Below are positions 20,401 through 29,479 of a stretch of 64,000 nucleotides of DNA, piece after piece. Position 1 is the stretch's first letter; every line of letters starts with the position of its first letter. Location of the stretch: assembly GCA_040290255.1 (NCBI GenBank), contig PSMU01000002.1, forward strand, positions 294,303 through 358,302, written 5' to 3'. The position numbers and the translations under genes were made by a program. The notes beneath the pieces were generated by a model, which made no database searches, had not been told where the DNA came from, and saw nothing but the letters and a program-made list of their open reading frames with translations. This stretch comes from Nitrososphaerota archaeon. GTDB lineage: Archaea; Thermoproteota; Nitrososphaeria; PSMU01.

Positions 20401-22905
20401 ATGGCCAGGTTCACGTGCCCCTTATGCCGGGGTCCCGTGCGCTTCGCGCTGAGGGAAAGCCAGGGGCTGCTGGCCTTCTGCGGCCCTTGCTCCCTGGGCA
20501 CCGCCTCGGGGGCGGAAGACGAGGAGGAGGCCTACTTAGAGCTTCTGGAGGCGGTGGAGGGAGGCAAAGCCCGGAAAGGGAACCTGCAGGGCCTGCTGGA
20601 GGCCGAGCGGCTCCTCATGCCCCTCCAGGAGCTCGAGCGGCTCCTCGTCCGTGAAGGCATCACGCTCGGCGAGCTGCCAAATGATGTGAGGGAGCTGCTT
20701 CTGAGCAGACAGGATCTGATAGTGAAATATGAGCTGCTGGCCGCGCACATGCCCAAGGGCGGCGAGGTGCCGGAGGACCTGCCCCGGGCCTTTCGGGAAG
20801 CTGCCCTCCGGGCGGGCCTCAGGCCCTATCCCTTTCAGGTGGAGGCCTGGAGAAATATCCTAGCGGGCAAGAATACGCTTATCCTAGCCCCCGCGGGCAG
20901 CGGCAAAACCGAGGCCTTCGCGCTGCCGGCGCTTTACCTGGGCTCGCTGGCCCAAGGGAGGCCCAGTGTGCTGTTCATCTATCCCACCAAGGCGCTGGGC
21001 AGGGATCAGAGGCCGAGGCTTGCCCAGCTGGCGGAGGCGATGGGGATGAGGGTGCAGGTCATGGACGGCGATACGCCGGAGGACGAGAGGAGAAGGATCG
21101 CGGAGGACCCTCCTCACGCCATAATAACGAACTTCGATGCCATACACTACCACCTGCTGTATAGGACGCCCTTCGGCAGGCTGCTGCCGCATATCAGGGT
21201 AGTGGCCTTGGACGAGGTGCAGGTCTACAAGGGCGTTTATGGCGCCCACGTGCATTTCATCCTTCGCCGCCTCAGGCGCGTAACGCGGGGCCTTCAGCTC
21301 ATAGCCGCCTCCGCGCTGCTGGAGAACCCCGTTGAGTTCGTGGAAAAGCTCTGCGCCGCGCCCTTTGAGCTGGTGAAGGAGGAGACGGGGAGAAGGGGGC
21401 CCGCACACCTGATCGCCATCATGCCCGTGCTCAGGGGCTATCATGAGTTCTTCGTCCGCTGCGCGGAGCTGCTGCTGCGGCACCGCCGAAACCTATTGCT
21501 CTTCTTCAACTCCCACAGGAACGCCGAGCTGGTGGCCCTCATGGCGAGGAGGAGGGGCCTAAGGGTGGAGGTGCACAGGGCCGGCCTGCCCGCCGCGCAT
21601 CGGGAAAGGGTGGAGAAGCTCTTCAAGGGCGGCGAACTCAGGGCGATAGCGGCGACCCCCACGCTGGAGCTGGGCCTAGATGTAGGAACCGTGGACGGGG
21701 TGGCCTCCGAGCTGGTGGTCGTAAACAGGCTGGTGCAGAGGGTTGGAAGGGCCGGGAGGAGGGGCCAGGAGAGCGCGGTCGTCCTTGTGCTGAGGCCGGA
21801 TGACCCTATCGGACAATACTACAGGAGGAACTTTGACCAGTACTTCGCTGACGTCGAGGCCGCCTACCTTGAGCCCGGCAACCCCTACGTGGCCGAGCGG
21901 CAGCTCCTGGCGATGGCCTTGGAGAAGCTCCTGCTGCCGGAGGAGGCGCGGGGCCTAGAGGATGTGCTGCGGCGACTCCTAGGGAGGGGGCTGCTCCGCG
22001 CGAGGGGGATGGGCTGGGAGGCCGTGAGGCCCGGGGCGCTTCGGGAGCTCTCCGACCTTAACCTCAGGGGTACGGGGGAAGCGGTGAGGATCTACGTTGG
22101 GGGGCGAAGGGCAGGCGAGAGGGAGCTCCCGCTGGCGCTGGAGGAGCTCCACCCCGGCGCCGTGTACCTGATGAACGGCAGGCCCTATCTCTGTAGGGAG
22201 CTGGACCTAAAGGCGAGGCGCGCGGCGCTGGAGCCCATGAGCGGCGAGCCGTACTTCACGAGGGCGATCGTGGAGGAGGAGCCCCGGGTCCTGCGGGTGC
22301 TCGAATCAAAGGGCGTGCTCGGCCTGACGGTGCTCTATGCGGAGCTGGCGCTCACAAAGCGCGTGGTGGGCTATATGCGAAGGACGCTCGGTGAGGCGGG
22401 CCCCGGCACGCTTATTCCCCTTCCCGAAGCTCCCACCTATTCGTTTAGGACGAGGGGGCTTGTCTTCAGGGCCCCCAGGCCGCTGCGGTTCTTGGAGAGG
22501 AGGTCAGAGGAGGGCCTATGGGAGGGCTCCTCGTACCATGCCAGCGAGCACGCGCTCATCGAGGGCACCGATATGATCACGGGAGGAGCGGCCGAGGAGA
22601 TGGGCGGCCTCTCGCTGGGCGCCTCGGGCATCATCCTGGTCTACGACGCGGCGCCGGGGGGCAGCGGCCCGACCTACCTGCTCTTCAATAGGATGGAGGC
22701 GGCCCTGCGCAGGGCCTATGAGGTGGTGAGCCGCTGCCCCTGCGCTTCCCTAAAGGGCTGTCCCCGCTGCGTATACTCATACCGCTGCGGCAACGATAAC
22801 AGGTTCCTGAGCAGGGAGGGGGCCGAGGAGGTCCTGCGCCGAATTTTGGAGGGCGAGGGCAGGGGCCTCGAGCCGGACGAGGTAGGAGGATGGTGGAGGA
22901 GCTGA
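20401..22905 (+). CDS. SF2 helicase with C-terminal DUF1998 Zn domain (Hrq1/MrfA/SftH-like) and N-terminal Zn ribbon
   Basis: APAGSGKT, YPTKAL, DEVQ, TPTLELGLDVG and QRVGRAGR motifs; C-terminal CPC...GCPRC..SYRCGN. Confidence 0.9.
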   Translation: MARFTCPLCRGPVRFALRESQGLLAFCGPCSLGTASGAEDEEEAYLELLEAVEGGKARKGNLQGLLEAERLLMPLQELERLLVREGITLGELPNDVRELLLSRQDLIVKYELLAAHMPKGGEVPEDLPRAFREAALRAGLRPYPFQVEAWRNILAGKNTLILAPAGSGKTEAFALPALYLGSLAQGRPSVLFIYPTKALGRDQRPRLAQLAEAMGMRVQVMDGDTPEDERRRIAEDPPHAIITNFDAIHYHLLYRTPFGRLLPHIRVVALDEVQVYKGVYGAHVHFILRRLRRVTRGLQLIAASALLENPVEFVEKLCAAPFELVKEETGRRGPAHLIAIMPVLRGYHEFFVRCAELLLRHRRNLLLFFNSHRNAELVALMARRRGLRVEVHRAGLPAAHRERVEKLFKGGELRAIAATPTLELGLDVGTVDGVASELVVVNRLVQRVGRAGRRGQESAVVLVLRPDDPIGQYYRRNFDQYFADVEAAYLEPGNPYVAERQLLAMALEKLLLPEEARGLEDVLRRLLGRGLLRARGMGWEAVRPGALRELSDLNLRGTGEAVRIYVGGRRAGERELPLALEELHPGAVYLMNGRPYLCRELDLKARRAALEPMSGEPYFTRAIVEEEPRVLRVLESKGVLGLTVLYAELALTKRVVGYMRRTLGEAGPGTLIPLPEAPTYSFRTRGLVFRAPRPLRFLERRSEEGLWEGSSYHASEHALIEGTDMITGGAAEEMGGLSLGASGIILVYDAAPGGSGPTYLLFNRMEAALRRAYEVVSRCPCASLKGCPRCVYSYRCGNDNRFLSREGAEEVLRRILEGEGRGLEPDEVGGWWRS

Positions 22906-22909
22906 TGCG

Positions 22910-23461
22910 CTAGGCCCTCCACCATTCGAAGCCAAGCAGCGAAATCTTTTTCCTCCTTCTGTCGGCCAGGGCCATGATGTACTTCTTCCTGACGGTGTTG
23001 GCGAGCCGGCCCGCAAGCACTATATGAGGTGCCGTGATCTCGGCGCTCGGCCTGAAGACCTGGATCAGGTAAGGGGCGTGATCTATTCCTGGGCCCTGCT
23101 CATAGACCGCGAAGTCGCATCCGAACTTTATGCCCGGCGTTACGACGAAGCCCCTCTCCCTAAGGTGCTCGTAGACCATGTACTTCTCGGCGAACTCCAC
23201 ATACTCCCTCACGCACCTTCGCCTCAGGCCCTCCAGGCTCACCGGCCTCCCGGACCTTATGTCCAAGATGTAGAGCCTGCCCTTCTTGCAGAGATAATAG
23301 GCCTCTAGCAGGTCCAAGAGCAGCGGGGCATCGAAGTCGGCCCCCTTGGGCTTGGGTATGCCCAAGGGCTTGCCGTAAAAGCCCTCCTTATACAGGCGGC
23401 GGGCCTCCTCCCTGTCCCAGATGCAGACCCTATTGCCCACCAAGTAGCCTTGGGCGGGCAT
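22910..23461 (-). CDS. endA: tRNA-intron endonuclease, catalytic subunit
   Basis: KFGCDFAVY..GPG..HAPY and RLA..VRK, carrying the catalytic Y/H/K residues. Confidence 0.92.
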   Translation of the reverse strand: MPAQGYLVGNRVCIWDREEARRLYKEGFYGKPLGIPKPKGADFDAPLLLDLLEAYYLCKKGRLYILDIRSGRPVSLEGLRRRCVREYVEFAEKYMVYEHLRERGFVVTPGIKFGCDFAVYEQGPGIDHAPYLIQVFRPSAEITAPHIVLAGRLANTVRKKYIMALADRRRKKISLLGFEWWRA

Positions 23462-23464
23462 GGG

Positions 23465-24124
23465 CTACAGGCCCAGGGAGAGGACCGTCATGTTGTCCAT
23501 CGCCTCCAGGCACCTGTCCCCCGTCTCCTCCAGGATGTCCGCGATGTCCTTGAGCAGTATCAAGCTCGGCACGTCCAAGTTGGAGTTTATGATCTTGACC
23601 AGAAGCTCTCGGTAGCTCTCGTCGACCTTGCCCTCCGTCTCCTTGAGCGTCCCGCCCAGCTGCAGGGCCTTCTGGGGCGAGATGGTGAGCGCCTTCGTAA
23701 GCTCGTAGAGCCCCTTTAGGAACTCGTTCACGGCGTTCAGGAGCGCCTCCAGGCTGGCCAGGAGCGCCTGGTTCGAGAGCGTGGCCTTCTTAAGATGGGC
23801 CAGCCTGAAGATGATGCCCGTTATATAGCCCGCCAGCTCCTCGATGAGGTTCGTTGTGCGCATGAAGTCCTCGCGGTTAAGGATGAGCACGCCCATGCTG
23901 GCCAGCTCCCGGGCCAGCATGCGCCGGTAGGTCTCCACGTCCTCCTCGGCCTTCTTTGCCCTCTCGAGGGCTGCCAAGATGTCCTCGCGGTTGCCCGCCT
24001 TGGCGGCCTCCAGCGCGAGGTTCAGCTCCCTCGAGGCATCGTAGACCCTTCTTGCCTGGTCCAGCAGCACCGTCAGCGTGCGGCGCTTTGCCTGCAGCTC
24101 AGCTTCTCCTGCATAGACGGCCAT
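23465..24124 (-). CDS. DUF47 / PhoU-like helical protein
   Basis: REDF...IEE.A, E..VDE.YR and D..EE..DRC repeat pattern. Confidence 0.8.
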   Translation of the reverse strand: MAVYAGEAELQAKRRTLTVLLDQARRVYDASRELNLALEAAKAGNREDILAALERAKKAEEDVETYRRMLARELASMGVLILNREDFMRTTNLIEELAGYITGIIFRLAHLKKATLSNQALLASLEALLNAVNEFLKGLYELTKALTISPQKALQLGGTLKETEGKVDESYRELLVKIINSNLDVPSLILLKDIADILEETGDRCLEAMDNMTVLSLGL

Positions 24125-24148
24125 GTGGGTCGTTGTGGGGCTAAGTTT

Positions 24149-25036
24149 TTAACTCTTCTCACGCGCCCGCTCATCGCCCAGCTCCATCTGCTTGCGCCTT
24201 ATCTGTTCATCGAGGGGAGGGTGCCTCCTCCCGCGCCGGGGCCTTATCGGATAATGGCCGATGAGCTCCAGCGCCCTTCGCTGAAGGGGCTGCGCCTCTA
24301 GGGGCACGAAGCTGTTCCATTGCTTATAGTGGGAGTAGGAGCCCGGCAGGGTCCATCGAACGTCGAAGGAGCGGAGCTCGCTGGGTTCTATGCAGACGGC
24401 GACCCTATCCAGCTCCCTGTGCAGCGAAAGGGGGCAGGTGAAGAGGCGCTGCGGATCCATCTTGTTCTCCACCCGCACGCCCTTCAGCCCTTCGCCCTCG
24501 AGCCGCTTCAGCACATACTCGGTTACGGCATAGGCCACGTCAAGGGGATGGACGCCGGGCATGTTCCAGTCAAGGGCCCCCGGGTGCAGGTGCACGTGCA
24601 GTCCCCTGCCGCTCCACTTCACGATCAGGGACCTCTCTATGCCCAGCCCCCTGAGGAGCTCCAGCAGCCTTAGGCCCGCCTCGACCACATGGCGCCACTC
24701 CGGCGAGGCCGCGTCTATATCCCAGGTGGGCATACAGCTGACCCAGTTTTCGGGCCGCAGCAGCTCCGAGCGGCTCAGGCTCCTGTATTCAAGCGCGGTC
24801 GCGTAAAAGGTCCTGGGGCCGAGGTGGCTGAAGCGGAGCAGCAGGGCCGGCACATCCTCCGGCGAGGCAAGCGCCAGGGGATGGCCTTGCCCGGGAAGAT
24901 AGCGCAGCAGCATCCTCCTTTCATTGGCGGGCGCGCAGTGTATGCCCACCCATCTGTTCCTGGCGAAGGACCAGATGGCATAGGCGACCTCCTCTTTCTG
25001 ATAGTGCGCCAGGACCTCCTCCCTGGCTAGGGCCAA
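24149..25036 (-). CDS. Stand-alone archaeo-eukaryotic primase (AEP) superfamily protein
   Basis: Motif I WDID, motif II KWSGRGLHVH and motif III D..RL...PLSLH. Confidence 0.75.
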   Translation of the reverse strand: MALAREEVLAHYQKEEVAYAIWSFARNRWVGIHCAPANERRMLLRYLPGQGHPLALASPEDVPALLLRFSHLGPRTFYATALEYRSLSRSELLRPENWVSCMPTWDIDAASPEWRHVVEAGLRLLELLRGLGIERSLIVKWSGRGLHVHLHPGALDWNMPGVHPLDVAYAVTEYVLKRLEGEGLKGVRVENKMDPQRLFTCPLSLHRELDRVAVCIEPSELRSFDVRWTLPGSYSHYKQWNSFVPLEAQPLQRRALELIGHYPIRPRRGRRHPPLDEQIRRKQMELGDERAREKS

Positions 25037-25040
25037 CCCG

Positions 25041-25838
25041 CTACGGGATGCCCTCCTCGGTCCTCCTGCTGGCCTCGGCTATCCTCCTGGCTACGCCCGC
25101 GGGCAACGATATATCCTCCCTCCTCCGCTCGACCCTCTCCAGCACGACGAGGCCCACGCCCGGCCTTATGTCGACTTCATGCAGGAACCTGTCATGATTG
25201 GTCTGGCGCATCTTCTCGATGAGCACGTACCTCTTGAGCTCACCAGCCCTGATGGCCCTCCTGAACCTTATTATGCCGTCGGCGATGTGCTCTATGCCCC
25301 ATCCAAAGGACTCCGCGCTGGTGATGGCGTATTGGCTCGTCGCCAGGATGGTGAAGTCCCACTTGGCCAGCACCTTCTTGAGGAAATAGGAGTACCGCCT
25401 GGCCATGGCCGGCCTGTCGAGCCAGAAGGCGCTCACGCTGTCCACGACCAGCCGCGCCCTGCCGTAGCCCAGCTCCTTCTTGGCCTCCACCACCTTATCC
25501 ACTAGGGGCTCAACTTCTAGGGCCGAGAGGGACCAACGGTCCTCCTGCCCCATCAGCGCGTCCACGATGATCAGCTTGCCCGCATCGATGGCCGCCTTGA
25601 AGTCGATCGAGAACTGGGCCGCCTGCCTTATGACCGAGGCCCGGGATTCCTCCGTGGTCACGAAGATGCACCTGTCGCCATCCATTAGCCCGCGCTGTAC
25701 AAAATGTATGCAGAGGACCGTCTTGCCCGTGCCCGGCTCCCCCGTGACGGCCACGAAGAACCCCCTGGGAATGCCGCCCTCCAACATGGCGTCTAGGCCC
25801 GGAACTCCCAGCGATAGCCTTTCTGGGCCCTCGGGCAC
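25041..25838 (-). CDS. Single-domain KaiC/RecA-like ATPase (archaeal KaiC family)
   Basis: GEPGTGKT, TTEE, VVDS, EHIADGII and IEKMRQT motifs. Confidence 0.9.
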   Translation of the reverse strand: MPEGPERLSLGVPGLDAMLEGGIPRGFFVAVTGEPGTGKTVLCIHFVQRGLMDGDRCIFVTTEESRASVIRQAAQFSIDFKAAIDAGKLIIVDALMGQEDRWSLSALEVEPLVDKVVEAKKELGYGRARLVVDSVSAFWLDRPAMARRYSYFLKKVLAKWDFTILATSQYAITSAESFGWGIEHIADGIIRFRRAIRAGELKRYVLIEKMRQTNHDRFLHEVDIRPGVGLVVLERVERRREDISLPAGVARRIAEASRRTEEGIP

Positions 25839-25861
25839 GGCTCACGTGCGCGCCTTGGGTT

Positions 25862-26530
25862 TTAACCTTTAGGCCTGCCCTGTGCGGCTTCCCACTCTGT
25901 CCTCAGCAGATCTAGGCGGCTGAGCCCCAGCCTATCCGCCCCCGCCTCCAGCAGCGCCAGGGCCTGCGCCAGGCCCCTGATGCCGCCCGCGGCCTTGACC
26001 TTCACTGGCGCCAGGCGCTTGGCGAGCCTGACGTCATCGGCCGACACGGGCCTGGGGCCGAAGCCCGTGCCGAGCTTGAGGAAATCTATGCCGTACTCGG
26101 TGAGGCCCCTGAGCACGGCCTTCAGCTCCGGCTCCCCCACGCCTACCTCCACGATGGCCTTGAGCACTATGCCCGGAGCCCTCTCCCTGAAGGCGGCCAG
26201 CTCCCTGTAGAAGTCGCTCAATCTCCCCCAGCGCAGGTAGTAGGGGTTGGGCACGAAGTCCACCTCATCCACGCCCTGGGCCAGCAGGTAATCCAGCTCC
26301 GCTATTTTGCTCTCAAGCGTTGCATAGCCGAAGGGGAAGCCGACCGCGCCTATGAGCTTGACCTGGCCCAACCGTAGCCTGGCCTCCCTTGCCAGGGATG
26401 AGGGCACCACGAGCCCATAGGGCCTGAGCGCCGCGACCAGCTCGAGGACCTCAAGGAACTCCCGCTCCGAGGCCTCGGGCCTAAGGAAGGCCAGGTCGCA
26501 GCGCCCGGCCAGCTGCTCCCAAGAGCTCAT
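25862..26530 (-). CDS. deoC: Deoxyribose-phosphate aldolase (divergent)
   Basis: VGFPFG, DEVDFV, LKAIVE, K.GTGF, VKAAGGIR and GADRLG motifs. Confidence 0.85.
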   Translation of the reverse strand: MSSWEQLAGRCDLAFLRPEASEREFLEVLELVAALRPYGLVVPSSLAREARLRLGQVKLIGAVGFPFGYATLESKIAELDYLLAQGVDEVDFVPNPYYLRWGRLSDFYRELAAFRERAPGIVLKAIVEVGVGEPELKAVLRGLTEYGIDFLKLGTGFGPRPVSADDVRLAKRLAPVKVKAAGGIRGLAQALALLEAGADRLGLSRLDLLRTEWEAAQGRPKG

Positions 26531-28317
26531 GCCCCCGCGCCCTCCTGAATCGGCTCCGGCCTCTCCTCGAGGGCCCTCTTGCGCTGCTTAAGGTAGAGCT
26601 CGACGAGCTCCTCCACGGTAGTCGCATCCTCGGGGGCCTTGTCGTCCCTGAGCCTGCCCGTATACTTTGGGAAGCGGAGGGCGAGGCCCACGCCCGGCCT
26701 GAACCTGTCCAGCGCGGCGGTGTGGATGGGGGAGAGCGTGATCTCGGACGCCGCGACCTCGATGACGAGCTTGGGCTCGAGCCAGACTTCAGGCTCCAGC
26801 TTAGTATCAACCCTCGGCGCCCTGTGTTCCCTTACCAGCTGCCGGGCCATATCGGTGAACCTGGCCAAATCCTCGTCCGTGAAGCCCGTGCCGACCTTGC
26901 AGACGGACCTGAAGATATCCTCGCCCTTGTCGTAGACCGCGCAGAGGTAGGCCCCGTACTTGCCGGCCCTCTTGCCCCTGCCGTGAAAGGCGCCGACGAC
27001 GACCAGGTCGAGCGTATCCGCCAGCTCCAGCTTGTACTCGCGCTTGAGCTTGATCCAGGCGAACTCCCTCGCCCCGGCCCTATAGGAGGAGTTGGGGTCC
27101 TTGCAGACCAGGCCCTCGCATCCCTCGGCGATGGCCTGCGCCATCCAGGCCTCGAGCTGGGCCGCCGTCTCGGCCAGGATGTAGGGCACCGCCTTGAACA
27201 TATCATCCTGCTCTAGGAGGCCCTCGAGGATCCTTCTCCTCTCCTTCAACGGGGCCTGCGTGAGGTCCCGCCCCTCCGCGTAGAGCACGTCGAAGAGATA
27301 GAGGGCCACGGGATAGGCCTTCATGGCCTGCTCGATGCCGTACTTCCTGCGCCTGTGCATCAGCTCCTGAAAGGGCAGGAATTCCCCCGTGGCTTCGTCG
27401 ACGGCCACCACTTCGCCCTCAACGATGGCGATCTCCGCCTTCAGGCGACTCCTCGCCAGGGCTACGACATCGGGATAGTGAAGCGTTATGTTCTCCAGCC
27501 TGCGTGAGAAGAGCGTCACGCGGTCGCCCTCCTTATGCACCTGCACCCTTTCGCCGTCTAGCTTGTACTCGGCCTGCACGGGGCCCGCGATCTTCTGCAG
27601 CACCTCCTCGGCGCTGGTGAGCCTCTCGGCCAGCATGGGGCGGACAGGCCTGCCCACCTGCACGCCGAAGGCCGCGATCGCGTCGATGCCCTTGGTGGCC
27701 AGCGCCTTGAGCACGAGCCCTATGTCGCTCGTGATGTTGTAGGCCCGCTCGAGCAGGGACCTCTTCTCCCTGCCGCCCGCGAAGGCCTCGGCCGCGGCAT
27801 CGAGGAGCGTATAGTCCGCCACCCCCAGCCGTAGCCGGCCCGTGACCATCCTAAGGATGTATTTGGCCTCCTTAGGCTGTGCGTCGTTGAGCAGGCTCGC
27901 CAGGAGCTTTACCTTGACGTCCACGGAGCCCGGGCCGGCGGCCTTGGCCATCTTGAGCAGGGTTTCATAGACGCCTTGTACCGACAGCGGCTCGGCGAAG
28001 AAGGTGGTCTGCTTCTTGTGGGCCAGGGCCTCGGCCGCGGCATCCCCCAAGTCGCCCAGCTTCTTGTAGAGGGCCTCCACCTCGGCCACAGATAGGCCGC
28101 TGGAGAGCGCGATCGCCCTCAGGGCCAGCTTTTCGGCGACGCCGATCTCTATGCCCAAGTAATCCGGCGCGAGCTTGCCCAGCGTAAGGTATGCGATCCT
28201 GTCCAGCAGCTCGGCCGGCGCCTTCAGGAAGAGCTGCATCAGGATGGCCGTGAGCTCCAGCCTCTTGGTCGTGGCCTCCATCGCTTCGAAGGCCTCGACC
28301 AGCTCTTGAAACCTCAA
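26527..28317 (-). CDS. lig: ATP-dependent DNA ligase
   Basis: EYKLDGERVQVH, EGE, LFD, EGLVCK, WIKLK and LRFPK motifs. Confidence 0.95.
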   Translation of the reverse strand: MRFQELVEAFEAMEATTKRLELTAILMQLFLKAPAELLDRIAYLTLGKLAPDYLGIEIGVAEKLALRAIALSSGLSVAEVEALYKKLGDLGDAAAEALAHKKQTTFFAEPLSVQGVYETLLKMAKAAGPGSVDVKVKLLASLLNDAQPKEAKYILRMVTGRLRLGVADYTLLDAAAEAFAGGREKRSLLERAYNITSDIGLVLKALATKGIDAIAAFGVQVGRPVRPMLAERLTSAEEVLQKIAGPVQAEYKLDGERVQVHKEGDRVTLFSRRLENITLHYPDVVALARSRLKAEIAIVEGEVVAVDEATGEFLPFQELMHRRRKYGIEQAMKAYPVALYLFDVLYAEGRDLTQAPLKERRRILEGLLEQDDMFKAVPYILAETAAQLEAWMAQAIAEGCEGLVCKDPNSSYRAGAREFAWIKLKREYKLELADTLDLVVVGAFHGRGKRAGKYGAYLCAVYDKGEDIFRSVCKVGTGFTDEDLARFTDMARQLVREHRAPRVDTKLEPEVWLEPKLVIEVAASEITLSPIHTAALDRFRPGVGLALRFPKYTGRLRDDKAPEDATTVEELVELYLKQRKRALEERPEPIQEGAGA

Positions 28318-28706
28318 CCTTCACCCCTCCTGATGGCGATGGGCCCTCCTTCGCGCAGGGCCCTTAAGGGCTTTGCCGAATCCAAGAGCCTGCCCACGGG
28401 GTTAGCGGGCCTGGGCGAGGGGGCCGAGGCCGCGAAGATGCACAGCGCGGCGCCGCTGGGCATAAAGGCCATCTCCCCTTCGGCGAAGGAGCTCCGCGCC
28501 TTTTCCAGGCCCTCCTGCAGCGGCACGGGAAAGTAGATGAAGGCATCCTGATACCACGTGGCCCTGCCCGTCATCGGCAGCAGGGCCAGCAGCTTCGAGA
28601 CAGTGAAGGGGGCCCAGTGCCTTACGAGCTCGCCCCTGAGCGTGACCCCCGCGGCCTCGACCAGCACGGCCACCCTGCTCAGGCTAGGAGCCCTGAGCTC
28701 TGCCAT
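28314..28706 (-). CDS. Cyclophilin-like fold protein
   Basis: APFTVSKL...LP, GEMAFMP....CIF and NPVG motifs; 4-nt overlap with the ligase start. Confidence 0.75.
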   Translation of the reverse strand: MAELRAPSLSRVAVLVEAAGVTLRGELVRHWAPFTVSKLLALLPMTGRATWYQDAFIYFPVPLQEGLEKARSSFAEGEMAFMPSGAALCIFAASAPSPRPANPVGRLLDSAKPLRALREGGPIAIRRGEG

Positions 28707-28766
28707 GCCGCGCCGGTTCGGGCGGCCAATTCTTTTTAAAGCCGGCGCCTTGCCGGTTGCCGCTTT

Positions 28767-29108
28767 ATGAGCGCGCAGAGCGAGGGGGGAAGGACAAAGG
28801 CCAGCCAGGTGCTTATTGGCCCTCCCAGGCTAACGCGCTTCGAAAGGGCCCGCATCGTGGGGGCTAGGGCGCTGCAGCTGGCCTATGGAGCCCCCCCGCT
28901 GATACCCGTCACGAAGGAGATGAGGGACCCTATTCAGATCGCGGCGGCGGAGCTGGAGAGGGGCGTGCTGCCCATAATCATTCGCCGCACGCTGCCCGAC
29001 GGCACCTTTCAGGATATACCGCTATCCTGGCTCCTCCCCTCCCAGAAGGAGGGTCGCGCCGCGAGGGCGCCGCGCCGTAAAAGTATAAAAGAAGAGAAGG
29101 AAGGCTAG
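28767..29108 (+). CDS. rpoK: RNA polymerase subunit Rpo6 (K)
   Basis: [22 protein letters not shown]...A..EL..G.LPI.IRR.LPDG signature. Confidence 0.95.
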   Translation: MSAQSEGGRTKASQVLIGPPRLTRFERARIVGARALQLAYGAPPLIPVTKEMRDPIQIAAAELERGVLPIIIRRTLPDGTFQDIPLSWLLPSQKEGRAARAPRRKSIKEEKEG

Positions 29109-29112
29109 CGGC

Positions 29113-29427
29113 ATGAGCGCAGGTCCAGCCGAGCAGCCGCCAACGAGGCCTACCCCTCCGCCCAATCACATCTTCATAGGAAAGAAGCCGCGGGGCGTCT
29201 ATGTCACGTCGGCGATGATCCAGCTTGCCCAGGCGGGCGAGGTGGTGCTAAAGGCGAGGGGCCTCGCCACGGCCAGGGCGCTGGACGTGGCCAGGATCCT
29301 GACGATGAGGGCGGGCGCCGATATCTTCGAGATAAAGCAGATCAAGATAGGCGAGGAGAGGCTGACGGGGCAAGAAGGGCAGCCCAAGTCCGTCACCACC
29401 GTCGAAATCACCATCGCGAAGAAGTAG
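29113..29427 (+). CDS. alba: Alba nucleic-acid-binding protein
   Basis: IFIGKKP...YV, VVLKARG.A..RALDVA and VEITI motifs. Confidence 0.88.
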   Translation: MSAGPAEQPPTRPTPPPNHIFIGKKPRGVYVTSAMIQLAQAGEVVLKARGLATARALDVARILTMRAGADIFEIKQIKIGEERLTGQEGQPKSVTTVEITIAKK

Positions 29428-29479
29428 ACGGGCCCTACGTTAAGTTTTTAAGCGCGCCCCTGTGGCCCTGGCGTGAGAA

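Noticed and set aside
22910-23461. tRNA or other structured RNA genes near endA or at the island borders
   Set aside because: No cloverleaf, T-loop GTTCRA context or convincing C/D-box pair was found in intergenic DNA by eye; a covariance-model scan would be needed to exclude small RNAs.
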